Shown here: in pieces, positions 36,717-46,649 of the stretch | How the letters are laid out: each line of letters begins with the position of its first letter | How positions within the stretch are numbered: position 1 is the first letter of the stretch | Notes under the pieces: generated by a model | What the model saw: the letters and a program-made list of their open reading frames with translations, nothing else | Told to the model about the DNA's origin: nothing | Database searches by the model: none | Translations under genes and position numbers: made by a program | Virus record (IMG/VR): IMGVR_UViG_3300048849_000172 | Location: 1-51,631 of that record | Length of the DNA: 51,631 nt | Reading direction: 5' to 3' (one strand) | From: a virus | Taxonomy: Duplodnaviria > Caudoviricetes

Positions 36717-37490
36717 GTGGGCGTCGTCCTGGCGTGGAGCAACGCGGCCGAGGCTGCGGGCGTGAGCTTGTCCGCTTCGTCGGAGGCGTTGGGTCTTGGC
36801 ATCGGGTCCGTGCTGGAGCGGACCATCGGCAATGTCTGGCGCAGCGGGGTAGGGGGCGCCGTTTCCCATGTGCTGGCGACCACCCTGCCGGCGGTGGTGC
36901 CCGTGCGGGTGGTGGCAATCGCCGCGCCGCGCGACGGGGTGCTGCCGGGGGCGGGGGCCACATGGCGCGTCCAGGCCAGTGCGGTCGAGGCCGGGGCGGC
37001 GGAGGCGTTCGATAGCGGGGTGCAGGCGCTCGGCATGCGCCGCGGCGTCGCGGCCCAGCTGCTGCCGGCCGGCGTGTCGGCCCGGTATGTGACCGTGACC
37101 GTCACGTGCGCGGCGGGCGACCCGTACCTGCAGCTTGGGCGGCTCTGGATCGGCGATGCCCTCGTGACCGAGCGGAACCCGTCCTATGGCTGGCAGCGCG
37201 GGGTGCTGGACGCGGGCAGGTCCGATCGCGCTGCGATCTCAGGCGTGCGGAACGTGGAGCGCGGGGCGAGGGCCAGGACGCTCGACTTCGAAATAGCGAT
37301 GCTGACCGAGGCTGAAGCTGCGGCGGTCGATGAGGCCGCGCTGGCGGTCGGCACGACCGAGCAGGTCTTCATCGACCCAATCGCCGGCGAGGGCTTCAGC
37401 ATGTTTGGGCACTTCACGCAGCCGCTTGCGCCGGCGCAGCCCAACTTCGCGGAACGCACGGTGCGCATCACTTTTGAGGAGGATCTGTAA
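36717..37490 (+). CDS. Tail tip protein
   Basis: YLQLGRLWIG...N.SYG...TFEE motifs. Confidence 0.7.
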   Translation: MGVVLAWSNAAEAAGVSLSASSEALGLGIGSVLERTIGNVWRSGVGGAVSHVLATTLPAVVPVRVVAIAAPRDGVLPGAGATWRVQASAVEAGAAEAFDSGVQALGMRRGVAAQLLPAGVSARYVTVTVTCAAGDPYLQLGRLWIGDALVTERNPSYGWQRGVLDAGRSDRAAISGVRNVERGARARTLDFEIAMLTEAEAAAVDEAALAVGTTEQVFIDPIAGEGFSMFGHFTQPLAPAQPNFAERTVRITFEEDL

Positions 37491-38266
37491 TGGGCGTTCC
37501 GCTGCTGACGGGCGATCGCGTCCTTCAGCTCACCACGACGACGGGAACCGGGACCTATCAGCTCGGCGCCGCGGCAGCGACGACCTATCGCACGATGCTC
37601 CTGGCTGGCGTCGCGTCCGGCTCGCGCGTCATGTACGTGGTGCAGGATGATCCGCTCACCCCGACGCAGTGGGAGGAGTGCGAGGGCATCTACACGGCGG
37701 GGTCACCCGACACCCTGACCCGCGCGACGGTGCGCGGCGGCTCGAACGGCACCTCGCCGGTGAACTGGGGCTCGGGCACCAAATACGTCTACCTGACCGC
37801 CTTTGCGAACCGGCTGGCATTGCTCGACACGGACGGTAAGCTGCCGCTGAGCGTGATGCCCTTCGACGTGGCCTCCCGGATCAGCACGGACAACGGATCC
37901 TGGACCGGCACCTTCGACCTGTTGAACGGGACGGACACGGTGCTGTTCGCCATCGGCATCCCGGAGGGTACGCAACGAATCCTCTTCACCGGCTGGGCGC
38001 GGCTGCAGAACATCAGCGCCACCGTCGCCGATGCGACGCTGAGCGCGAAGATCATCAACAGCCAGGGCGCCGTCTTCTACGCCTTCCCGCAGATCGGCCT
38101 TGGCACCGGCTCGGGAAGTCAGTCGGAGACCATCGGCCTGGCGGGCCAGTTCAGCGTGCCGGCCCTGGCAGCCGGGCTGCAGCTCGGCTTTTTTGCGCGC
38201 AAGGAGCAGGCGGTGGGCCCGTACTACATCCTGAACGCGGCGGCCTCCGCGATGTTCGTGAAGTGA
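37490..38266 (+). CDS. Tail fiber / baseplate-attached protein
   Basis: DRV...TTTTGTG...WE..EG.Y...TLTR N-terminal module. Confidence 0.7.
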   Translation: MGVPLLTGDRVLQLTTTTGTGTYQLGAAAATTYRTMLLAGVASGSRVMYVVQDDPLTPTQWEECEGIYTAGSPDTLTRATVRGGSNGTSPVNWGSGTKYVYLTAFANRLALLDTDGKLPLSVMPFDVASRISTDNGSWTGTFDLLNGTDTVLFAIGIPEGTQRILFTGWARLQNISATVADATLSAKIINSQGAVFYAFPQIGLGTGSGSQSETIGLAGQFSVPALAAGLQLGFFARKEQAVGPYYILNAAASAMFVK

Positions 38267-38273
38267 GGGCAGC

Positions 38274-38627
38274 ATGACCGCACGCTACGCGAACCCCGGC
38301 CGAACTGATGTGGCTCTGACCGTGGGCGGGATTGTTTACGCCGTGAAGCCGGACGATCCGCGGCTGCAGGGGATGGAGATCGCGCCCTACGCATCATCTG
38401 GAGCTGGTGGGTCGGCGCCTGCCGTCCGCTACGTGCCAGTGTACTTGGCGCGCCAGCGCCTTGAGGAAGCGGGGCTGTGGGAGGCCGCTGCCCAAGTCCT
38501 CGTCTCTCAGCCCGCGAAGATGCTCAAGGTGCTGAGCCTGGAAGCTGGCATCGCGACCGACGACCCGGACGCGCTGGAGATGCTGGCGGCCATCGGCGCC
38601 GATCCGGCCGTGATCCTGGCCGCTTAG
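38274..38627 (+). CDS. Tail fiber assembly-like protein
   Basis: Position after fiber; AIGADP..ILA C-terminus. Confidence 0.55.
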   Translation: MTARYANPGRTDVALTVGGIVYAVKPDDPRLQGMEIAPYASSGAGGSAPAVRYVPVYLARQRLEEAGLWEAAAQVLVSQPAKMLKVLSLEAGIATDDPDALEMLAAIGADPAVILAA

Positions 38628-38658
38628 TCACCACCACCCACAATCCGGAGTGCATGGC

Positions 38659-41499
38659 ATGGCGGGAGCCCTCCCGGTGCATGTGACGCTGCGCGCGTAC
38701 TTCGGCGCGGCCTATACGGGGCTGCCCTTCAGCACCACCACCGGCACGACCCTGTCGCTGATGATCGAGGCCCGGAACGCGGTTACCGGTCAGCTCATCG
38801 ACGTGGAGGGGCTGCGCGTGCGGCAGGAGCGGCCGGACCGAGCCGATATCATCCTTGATGCCGACGATCTCGCCCATCTGGAGACAGGCCGCTACAGCGC
38901 CGAGATCTACATCGACGCGCCAGGTGACTGGACGCTGCCGGTGGACTGCGACGAGCCGCGCCCGGCCGAGACGAAGGCATGGCTGCGCGCGAGCGGCCCG
39001 CCTGTAGCCGCCTCGGCAGTGGGCAGCGGGAGCACGGCTCTGGCCCTCCCGGGGAACCGGCCCTTCGACCTGCGGCTGGTCAAGGATGTGCAGGAGGCCG
39101 CCCCGCTCACCGGCACTGAAGGTCTGCTGATCGCCCAGGATGACGAGGACGAGGTTCCGCAGCCGCGGCTCCTGACGGTGGGTCTCATCCGCCAAGACGC
39201 CCTCGGCACCATCGCCCCCCAGGTCCAGCAGGTCACCACCACCGCCGCCGCCGTGCAGGAGGCGCGGGTGGAGGTGGCGGGGGTGGTCCAGGCCCTGCCG
39301 CAGACGATCGCTGGTGAGCTGGCGGTTCAGGCGCCGGCCGTGATCCAGGCGGGCGCTGAGGCCGGTGCAGATGCGGGCAGCGCGGCCGGCGCGCAGGCGG
39401 CCCAGCCCTTCGCCCAGCAGGCCGAGGTTGCTGCGGCCAATACCAGTGCCACAGTCGCGAACGCCGCCATCCAGCGGGCAACCCTGGCTGAGCTGAAGGC
39501 GCTGACCGGCGTCGCCGATCGGCAGCTTGGCGTGGTGTTCGGCACCGGGGCGGATGCGGGGCAGTATCGCTACAGCATCTCGACCGGCACCTGGGCGCGC
39601 GAAAGCAACACGGTCCCGCAGATCGATGCCGTTCTGAGGCTGCTCGCGTCCTGGGTCCAGTCCGGAGGCGCCCAGGGCATCACGCTGGAGGGCCCCGGCG
39701 GCTTTGTCTGGGGCGAGTGGACTGCGGCCGGGGAGATCGCGGCCCGCAGCCTGCGCGTCACCGATGAGCTTGCGCTGACGGATGTGCTCGGCGCGTTTCT
39801 GGCGAAGCTACAGCCGGGCACCATGCCCACGGAGTGGATCGACTTTGCGGGCCGCGTCTTCGCGCAATTCCAGCCGGATGGAACGCTGGCTCTGTCGGGT
39901 ATGGCGGCGGGCGACGCCCGGGCTGACACGCTGACGGTGCCTGGCGTCCTCACCGCCGCCGCTGGAACGCTGGGGGTGCACGGCGCAAAGGTGCTGGCCT
40001 CTCCCCAGCAGGGCATCTCCTTCGAGAACGAACACGGCCTGGTCTATGCCGAGATCGCGCCCAGCACGACCGCCGGCAATGCGGACGGCTGGACGCCGAC
40101 CGAGGCGGCCGGTTTCGAGGCGGAGGGCCTGGCCGCTTCGACCGCGGCTCAGCGGATCGACACGCTCACGGCGCGGCCGACCTACGACATCAACATCGTC
40201 CCCGCCCTCGGGCAGTCCCACACCGTCGGCGCGCAGGCGCGGCGCTCCATCTCACGGGCGGGCCACCCCTTCGTGAGGATGGTTGGCAACTGCGTGCGCT
40301 CCTACGGCGCCTCCACCACCACCTGGACGCCGAACGGCGCGGCCGCCTTCAATCCGATCGCGGCGCGCGTCGCGGGCACCGGGGCAGGGGTGATCCTCAC
40401 CGTGGCGGAGGAGGAGGCGCTTCCCGCCGATGCCACCAACGCCGGTGAGACGATCCTGGAGGGGGCGCTCGCCATGCTGGACCTACTCCAGCAGATCGAG
40501 CGAGGTCCGCTCTCCGATCGCTCGCTCATCCTCGTCGGCAATACGGTCGGCGTCAGCGGCACCAACATCGAGCAGTGGCTGCCTGACGCCCCGGGCACCT
40601 ACTTTACGCGCTTCACCAGCTACATCGACCTGGTGAAGAGCATGGCGCCGGCCGGGAAGACGGTGGGCTGCCCCTACCTCATCATCGACATCGGCCAGAA
40701 CAATTACGGCGGCTCGGGCGGCTCCACGCCGGACAAGGATCAGTTCAAGGCATACGTCCGGCAGGTCATCAACGCCTGCCGCGCCTATGTCGCCTCGGCT
40801 CTCGGGCAGACCGACCCCATGGGCGTCATCGTCGCCCAGCCGGCGGCCGGTTACACGAACGACGCCTTCGACATGGCCATCGGTCAGGCCTGGCGCGAGC
40901 TGGCGGCCGAGGATCCGCTGATCACGCTCGGTACGTCCGGATACCCCGAGCCGGACAACGGCGGCGGCCACCTCACGGCCAACGGCTACCGGCAGCGCGG
41001 CATGCAACTCGGCAAGGCGCTGCACGCCAAGGCCATGGGCCGGTTCTTCCACCTCCCCGAGCCGGTGCGGGTGGTGCGGCGCGGCCTGCAGGTCGCGGTG
41101 CCCTACCGCACGACCGACGCTAAGCCGCTGAGGCGCGCGGCCTCCTATGTCGGGGGAACTGCCACCCTCTATGACGACTGGGGCTTCAGCCACTTCGAGG
41201 CTGGCGGAACGAGGGTGGACATCGCCTCGGTTTCGCTGCTCGGCCCGCATGCTCTGGGCATCACCCTCGCTCGAGCTCCGGTCGGCGATCCAGCGGCCGA
41301 GGAGCTGCGCTATGCCGATAAAACCTATCACGTCGGAAACGGCAATCTCTTTGCCGACGACGCCCTACGCACGCCGGCTCTCTACGAGTTCCTGAACGCC
41401 ATGCAGCCCGAGGAGAACATCCCGGAGCTGGTCGGCAAGCCATACCCCAACGACACCCCCGCCGCCGCCGGCCACTGGCCAGTGACGGTGCTCGCCTGA
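38659..41499 (+). CDS. Tail spike/fiber with C-terminal SGNH (O-acetylesterase-like) domain
   Basis: GQSH, GVSG, IGQNN, GHLTANGY blocks; GGAG RBS. Confidence 0.7.
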   Translation: MAGALPVHVTLRAYFGAAYTGLPFSTTTGTTLSLMIEARNAVTGQLIDVEGLRVRQERPDRADIILDADDLAHLETGRYSAEIYIDAPGDWTLPVDCDEPRPAETKAWLRASGPPVAASAVGSGSTALALPGNRPFDLRLVKDVQEAAPLTGTEGLLIAQDDEDEVPQPRLLTVGLIRQDALGTIAPQVQQVTTTAAAVQEARVEVAGVVQALPQTIAGELAVQAPAVIQAGAEAGADAGSAAGAQAAQPFAQQAEVAAANTSATVANAAIQRATLAELKALTGVADRQLGVVFGTGADAGQYRYSISTGTWARESNTVPQIDAVLRLLASWVQSGGAQGITLEGPGGFVWGEWTAAGEIAARSLRVTDELALTDVLGAFLAKLQPGTMPTEWIDFAGRVFAQFQPDGTLALSGMAAGDARADTLTVPGVLTAAAGTLGVHGAKVLASPQQGISFENEHGLVYAEIAPSTTAGNADGWTPTEAAGFEAEGLAASTAAQRIDTLTARPTYDINIVPALGQSHTVGAQARRSISRAGHPFVRMVGNCVRSYGASTTTWTPNGAAAFNPIAARVAGTGAGVILTVAEEEALPADATNAGETILEGALAMLDLLQQIERGPLSDRSLILVGNTVGVSGTNIEQWLPDAPGTYFTRFTSYIDLVKSMAPAGKTVGCPYLIIDIGQNNYGGSGGSTPDKDQFKAYVRQVINACRAYVASALGQTDPMGVIVAQPAAGYTNDAFDMAIGQAWRELAAEDPLITLGTSGYPEPDNGGGHLTANGYRQRGMQLGKALHAKAMGRFFHLPEPVRVVRRGLQVAVPYRTTDAKPLRRAASYVGGTATLYDDWGFSHFEAGGTRVDIASVSLLGPHALGITLARAPVGDPAAEELRYADKTYHVGNGNLFADDALRTPALYEFLNAMQPEENIPELVGKPYPNDTPAAAGHWPVTVLA

Positions 41500-41509
41500 A
41501 GGAGCCGAC

Positions 41510-42262
41510 ATGTCCTCTGGACTTCGCTGGATCACGCCGGGCGTGGTCGTCGCCAAGCCGCTGCGCTTTAACCCGCCTGTCCCAGCCGATGGCTGGTGGT
41601 ATTTTCAGAGCGGGGCCACGGATAGCCGCCGCAATCTCATCAGCAAGGCCCTGGCGAGTGCGGTGGGCTCGCCCACCTTCGACGCTCAGTCCGTGACGCT
41701 GAAAGCCGGCGTCTCCGGCAACGCCCACCTGGTCACCGATGTGGTGGAGACCACGGCCATGAGCGGGTTGGCGGTTGTGAGAGCGCCGGACGCCTTCGAC
41801 GGCACCAATGCCACCCTGCCGGTGTGGCTGGGTTCGCAGGATGGCTCCGGCGCCGCCCTGCGGGGCCTCTCCCTGATCGTGCGAGGCGCCGGCCGGGACG
41901 CCCTGACCTGGGTCACCAATGTGAGCGGCACGCCCACCTCGGACTATGTACAGGCCGCGGCCGCGCTGCCGGACATGCTCGCCTATCGCTGCATCGCCTT
42001 CGCGACGGACGGTCTCAACTACGACCTGTACGACCTGACCAACAACCTCTTCATCACGAAGCAGAACAGCAACGCCCGCATCCTCGGCGGGGCCGGCACG
42101 CCCTTCAAGATCGGCAATGTTGGCCTGTCTGCTCGGACGGGGCGGGGCCAATTCGCGGCTGTTGCGCTGCGGAACGCCTACATGACGGCCGATCAGTTCG
42201 CAGCGGCCTATGCGTCGGTGAAGGCCTATATGGCCTCGCTCGCTACGCCGATTGCTGTCTGA
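41510..42262 (+). CDS. Lectin/ConA-like beta-sandwich tail-associated protein
   Basis: Beta-rich; FKIG..G.FAAVAL pattern; follows spike. Confidence 0.55.
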   Translation: MSSGLRWITPGVVVAKPLRFNPPVPADGWWYFQSGATDSRRNLISKALASAVGSPTFDAQSVTLKAGVSGNAHLVTDVVETTAMSGLAVVRAPDAFDGTNATLPVWLGSQDGSGAALRGLSLIVRGAGRDALTWVTNVSGTPTSDYVQAAAALPDMLAYRCIAFATDGLNYDLYDLTNNLFITKQNSNARILGGAGTPFKIGNVGLSARTGRGQFAAVALRNAYMTADQFAAAYASVKAYMASLATPIAV

Positions 42263-42402
42263 TGCCCAGCTTCGCGCCCACCCCGGGCCGTGTGCCATGC
42301 CCGTGGTGCGACGGTGATGAGCCGGGGTGCCTAATCTGCGACGGGATTGGGGAAAATCCGCAGCCGCCGGTGCCAGCGGACGCCGCGCTGATCGGAGGGT
42401 GA
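42262..42402 (+). CDS. Small Cys-rich zinc-finger peptide (46 aa)
   Basis: CPWCDG...CLICDG.G DnaJ-type repeats; TGATG coupling. Confidence 0.5.
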   Translation: MPSFAPTPGRVPCPWCDGDEPGCLICDGIGENPQPPVPADAALIGG

Positions 42403-42429
42403 CGATGCCGGGAAGGGGGAGGAAGAAGA

Positions 42430-42843
42430 TTGCGACGCCGGATATTGGCCGCACAACGACTGGACCCTACGTCGTTCGTGCTGGCCTTCGCCTTCTGGGC
42501 GGGCATCATGGGTGCGTCCATGGTCGCTTCGGAAGACGTCATGGCGCGGACCATCATCTACCAGTGGCTCCGCGATATTCCGCTCTCCGAGGACTGGTGG
42601 GGGGCGCTCATGGTTGCGGATGCTCTGGCGCTCCTCTGGGCGGCTGACCAGCCCCATCCTCTACGGCGCGCGGCCACGTGCCTCGTATCTGGCCTGTTCT
42701 GGTTCTTCTGGGGCGGCGGGCAGATCATCGGCGGGCTGATCAGCGGCATCGTCTCAAGCAACGGCGTCTGGAACATGATTGCCGGCATTGGGCTGTGCGT
42801 GGCCGGCGTCCAATGGATAAACCGATCGGGGGCGCCGGCATGA
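42430..42843 (+). CDS. Multi-TM membrane protein (holin-like)
   Basis: About 4 hydrophobic segments; GGAGG before TTG. Confidence 0.6.
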   Translation: MRRRILAAQRLDPTSFVLAFAFWAGIMGASMVASEDVMARTIIYQWLRDIPLSEDWWGALMVADALALLWAADQPHPLRRAATCLVSGLFWFFWGGGQIIGGLISGIVSSNGVWNMIAGIGLCVAGVQWINRSGAPA

Positions 42844-43343
42844 CATCCATCCCGGTCTGGCTGGCGATCCTCTTCCCCTCTGCCACCCTGATCCTGGGCG
42901 CCTTCATGGCAGCCTGGACGGTCTATGCCTGGGTACGGAGGCAGGGCGCCGACCGGGACGCTCAGTACGATGCCAAGCTGGTCGCGGTGAGCACCCGCAT
43001 GGACAGCCTGGCCAAGGACATCGCGCAGACGCGCGAGACCTCTGACCTCAAGCTGACCTCCGCGATCGAGAAGGAAAGCAAGAGCCGCCACGACAGCGCC
43101 AATGCCATGGCGAATGCGCTGGCGGCCCTGCAGCAGCGGTTCGACGCGGGGATGCGTGAGACCGCCAGCCGTGAAGAGGTGCGGTCGGTCGAGACGCGCC
43201 TGACCACTGCGCTCGGCAAGGTCGAGATGAAGGTGGACCAGCTCTCCGCGCTGGTGCCCGAGATGAACGCCACCCTGAATGGGGTAGCGAAGCAGGTCGA
43301 GCGGATGGTGAGCCGCCTCGAAACTCGCCTCAGCGGCGACTGA
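42840..43343 (+). CDS. N-terminal TM plus coiled-coil lysis-module protein
   Basis: Single TM then heptad-rich helix. Confidence 0.65.
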   Translation: MTSIPVWLAILFPSATLILGAFMAAWTVYAWVRRQGADRDAQYDAKLVAVSTRMDSLAKDIAQTRETSDLKLTSAIEKESKSRHDSANAMANALAALQQRFDAGMRETASREEVRSVETRLTTALGKVEMKVDQLSALVPEMNATLNGVAKQVERMVSRLETRLSGD

Positions 43344-43354
43344 CCCGCCGGTTC

Positions 43355-43600
43355 CTACGGCTTCGGGATCGGGACGAGCGTGCCGTGGTGGTAGGCAACG
43401 AACAGGCCGAGTTCTCTGGCGCGCTCCGGCGTCATGACCATGACTGTAACGGCAGTTTCGGTTTGGAACCGAACAACGAGCCTTGAGGTTTCAGATCTCG
43501 GATCGAGTATACGTTCCAGCGACACAACACGCGCTTTGGTGACCGGTCGAGCTTCGTTCATCGGCGTCGGATCTACCAGCATCGTTGGTGCGGCGCACAA
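43355..43600 (-). CDS. Small moron protein, paralog 1
   Basis: VVRFQT...MTPERARELG...IP; start uncertain (ATG 43582). Confidence 0.6.
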   Translation of the reverse strand: MCAAPTMLVDPTPMNEARPVTKARVVSLERILDPRSETSRLVVRFQTETAVTVMVMTPERARELGLFVAYHHGTLVPIPKP

Positions 43601-43627
43601 CTAAAGGTTAATGGCCCAGGCCTCGTA

Positions 43628-44045
43628 CGCGGCCCGGCACCCCTGACAATCTGGAGAACGACGATGGCGCCCTTGATGGCCATCTGCGCCCCGCGGTTGC
43701 CCGGCCTCATTGGCTAGGCTCCCGGGATTGAAATAGGCCGCCCGGTCAGGAAGGCATCTAGAACACCGAGTTCTCTGAAGCGCTGAGGCGAGAGCCTGAC
43801 CTGCTGCAATCCATCAGTAGTCTGGAACTCGACGACGATGGGCGGCTGGTCGGATGCGTTTTCCTCGGTCGAGATCCGCACGTTCGTAATCAGAGCAAGG
43901 CCGGGCGGCACGGATAAGAACAACAGGTAACTCCGCGGCTACTAGGACCGGATCGGGCGTAAAGCCAGCAGCCTCCGCCAACGACCAAATGTGTTTCTGT
44001 AGGCAAAATGTATGCCGGGCGCGGCCCGGTACCCCTGACAATCTG
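43628..44045 (+). repeat. 26-bp direct repeats (43628-43653 and 44020-44045)
   Basis: CGCGGCCCGG(C/T)ACCCCTGACAATCTG, one mismatch. Confidence 0.85.
43714..43923 (-). CDS. Small moron protein, paralog 2
   Basis: VVEFQT...LSPQRFRELG...IP; GGAG before TTG. Confidence 0.6.
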   Translation of the reverse strand: MFLSVPPGLALITNVRISTEENASDQPPIVVEFQTTDGLQQVRLSPQRFRELGVLDAFLTGRPISIPGA

Positions 44046-44059
44046 AAAAGGAGGCGCGC

Positions 44060-44728
44060 ATGGGCGCGTTGCTTCCGCTTGCCCTCGGCTTACTGCCCGA
44101 GCTGGCGAAGTGGATCGCTGGCGACACCGCTGGCACCGTGGCCGCCCAGGCGGCAGAGATCGTGCGAACCGTCACGGGCACCGATGATCCCGCCCTGGCC
44201 CAAGCGGCACTGGCGGATCCAGCGAAAGCCGCCGAGGTCCGGGTTCGCCTGGCCGAGATCGCCGCTCAGCGGGAGGCAGCGGCCGAACAGGCGAAGCTGG
44301 AGAGCCTACGGGCCGCACTGGCCGACGTGGCGAGTGCCAGGGCCATGGCCTCCTCCACGCCCCTGATTGCCCGGACCCAGGTGGCGCTCGCGGGCGTCAT
44401 CATGGTGATGTTCTTCGTCGTGCTGATCCTGATGGCGCTCCGCGGCGTGCCGCAGGGGACGGAGACGCTGTTCAACGTCCTGCTCGGGGCGCTGATCGCG
44501 GCGCAGACGGCGGTGATCGGCTTTTTCTTCGGCAACAGCACCAGCGGGCACAGCGCGAACAACGCGATCGCGCAGCTCGCGGAGCGCACGGCTGCGGCGC
44601 CTTCCCCTGTGTCTGTCCAGTCGGCAGGCACCGTGAATGCTGCCGCGCCCCAGCCATCCCCTCCCGGCACCAGCACCGATGCACTGAACCGCGCCGAGCT
44701 GGATCGCATCCGTTCACAAGGAGCCTGA
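44060..44728 (+). CDS. Putative holin (3TM-like)
   Basis: AGGAGG RBS; DVASAR, two C-terminal TMs, GFFFG.S motif. Confidence 0.7.
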   Translation: MGALLPLALGLLPELAKWIAGDTAGTVAAQAAEIVRTVTGTDDPALAQAALADPAKAAEVRVRLAEIAAQREAAAEQAKLESLRAALADVASARAMASSTPLIARTQVALAGVIMVMFFVVLILMALRGVPQGTETLFNVLLGALIAAQTAVIGFFFGNSTSGHSANNAIAQLAERTAAAPSPVSVQSAGTVNAAAPQPSPPGTSTDALNRAELDRIRSQGA

Positions 44729-44730
44729 GC

Positions 44731-46089
44731 ATGACCCCCGAACTTCTCGACCGCTACAAGCACCTCTTTGGCTATGCCGCCGGCACTACGGGCGGCCTGG
44801 GCGGCAGAACCGTCAACTGCGCGACCGGCGATGAGGTGCAGGCCGCGATCAATGCCAAGGGCGAAGAGCCGCTGATTATCAACCTGACCGGCGCCATCAG
44901 TGGGGCGAATACCAAAGCCGCGCAGATCGATATCTCCGGCAAGCGTGACATCACCCTGATGGCGGACGGGGAGGGGCAGGATTTCTCCGGCGTCGGCATC
45001 CGAATCAACAAGGCCAGCTCAAACATCATCCTGTTCAACCTGAAGGGCGGTCAGATTTCAGAGGGCGGCAAGGACTGCATCGGGATCGAGGGCGACTGCC
45101 ACCACATCGTGGGCCTGCACCTCGACCTCTCTGGCGACATGTCCAAGGGCAAGGACTACTATGACGGCCTCGCGGACACGAAGCGCGGCAGCCACTCCAT
45201 TGCCTTTGTCCTCTGCAAGTTCAGCAATCACCACAAGGCGTGCCTAAACGGGTACTCCGACAAGGACAGCGAGAACGCGGACAGGAAGCTCACCTTCGCA
45301 CTCTGCTGGTGGGACAACTGCGGCAGCCGCTGCCCGTCTGTCCGGTATGGCGAAGCCCATGTCTGGGGCTGCGTGCTGTCCGACATCGAGACCTCCGGCG
45401 TGAACTGCCGGATGGGCGCGCAGGTGCTGATCGAGGCCACCACCTTCGACAAGGTCCACAACCCGATCTGCGCTCTCGACAGCGCCAAGCCGGGTTTCTG
45501 GAACATCGTGGACTGCGCCGCCCCGAACTGCACATGGGGCAAGCCCAGCGCGAACGAGCCGTTGGCGGTGGACATGAAGCCCACCTGCGACTTCCGTCCG
45601 CCCTACACCATGCCGGCCATCACCCGGGCCCGGGCCGCCGGGCTCGTGCAGGAAGCTGCGGGCCTGCTGCCGCCCGGGAAGGTGGTGGCACTGCCCGGCG
45701 CCTCGGACCAGCCCGCGCCCGAGCAGCCGCAGCAGTCCGTGGAGGAGCCGCCTGCGGCCGAGCCCGACCCGGTGGAGCAGCCCGGCGGCCCCGAGACGCC
45801 GGCCGAGCCTGAGCAGCCGGCACCGGTGGAGACGGAAGAACCGGCCGAAGCCGAGGCTCTGCTGGACCAAGCCGAGGACGCGCTGATGAACCTGCGCGTG
45901 ATCCTGGCAAAGCTGGCCGCCGAGCCGGAAGAGCCGGCCGCGCCCGTATCCGACCCGGCTGGCCTCCTGGCCCTGATCGATGGCGCCACGGCTGCGCTGG
46001 AGAGGCTGCCGGAGACCAAGCCCCGGAAGAATGCGCTCGACTACATGCGCAAGGGTAGGGACCAGGCCGAGAAGGCGCTGCGCGGGTGA
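44731..46089 (+). CDS. Pectate lyase-like (PL1) beta-helix protein with Pro/Glu linker
   Basis: GYAAGTTGGLGG, SNIILFNL, DCIGI, YYDGLAD, SRCPSVRYG.AH motifs; no signal peptide. Confidence 0.85.
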   Translation: MTPELLDRYKHLFGYAAGTTGGLGGRTVNCATGDEVQAAINAKGEEPLIINLTGAISGANTKAAQIDISGKRDITLMADGEGQDFSGVGIRINKASSNIILFNLKGGQISEGGKDCIGIEGDCHHIVGLHLDLSGDMSKGKDYYDGLADTKRGSHSIAFVLCKFSNHHKACLNGYSDKDSENADRKLTFALCWWDNCGSRCPSVRYGEAHVWGCVLSDIETSGVNCRMGAQVLIEATTFDKVHNPICALDSAKPGFWNIVDCAAPNCTWGKPSANEPLAVDMKPTCDFRPPYTMPAITRARAAGLVQEAAGLLPPGKVVALPGASDQPAPEQPQQSVEEPPAAEPDPVEQPGGPETPAEPEQPAPVETEEPAEAEALLDQAEDALMNLRVILAKLAAEPEEPAAPVSDPAGLLALIDGATAALERLPETKPRKNALDYMRKGRDQAEKALRG

Positions 46090-46649
46090 TGGGTACCTTC
46101 GAAAGACAGATGGCGGAGACCTCCCTCACCGAGGGAGGTTACGTCAACGACCCGCTGGATCCGGGCGGCGAGACGAACCACGGCATCACCGTCGCGGTCG
46201 CCCGGGCTTTCGGATACCGCGGCGCCATGCGGGATCTCACGGCTGACATGGCGCTGGAGATCTACCGGGCCCGCTACTGGATCCAGCCCTCCTTCGACCA
46301 GATCGACCCCATCCATCCCGAGCTGGCGGCCTGGCTGCTCGACACCGGCATCAACATGGGTCCGGCCGCGGCCGGGAAGATGCTGCAGCGCTGGCTCAAC
46401 GCCCTGAACGACGGCGGCCGGCTCTATCCGGACCTCGCCGTGGACGGGATGTGTGGGGCCCTGACCCGGCACGCCCTAACCGTCTTCCTGAGCGTCCGGG
46501 GATCTGAGGGGAGGGACCTGCTGCCCCGCCTCTGCCGCTCCCTCCAGGCCGCGCGCTATCTCGAGATCGCGGAAAAGACCCCCAGCCAGGAGCGGTTCGA
46601 GTGGGGGTGGGTCAAGCGGGCGTTGCGGACGGCGGCCCTCGTCTCGTGA
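46086..46649 (+). CDS. Endolysin, glycoside hydrolase family 108 with PG-binding domain
   Basis: EGGYVNDPLDPGGETNHGIT, YRARYW, DTGINMG, F.WGW. Confidence 0.93.
   Translation: MMGTFERQMAETSLTEGGYVNDPLDPGGETNHGITVAVARAFGYRGAMRDLTADMALEIYRARYWIQPSFDQIDPIHPELAAWLLDTGINMGPAAAGKMLQRWLNALNDGGRLYPDLAVDGMCGALTRHALTVFLSVRGSEGRDLLPRLCRSLQAARYLEIAEKTPSQERFEWGWVKRALRTAALVS

Larger units (their letters stand above)
1..46649. mobile_element. Temperate siphophage prophage (integrase to endolysin); right-end morons to 51631 may also belong to it
   Basis: Complete ordered set of integration, immunity, replication, packaging, head, tail and lysis modules; att sites not seen. Confidence 0.93.
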
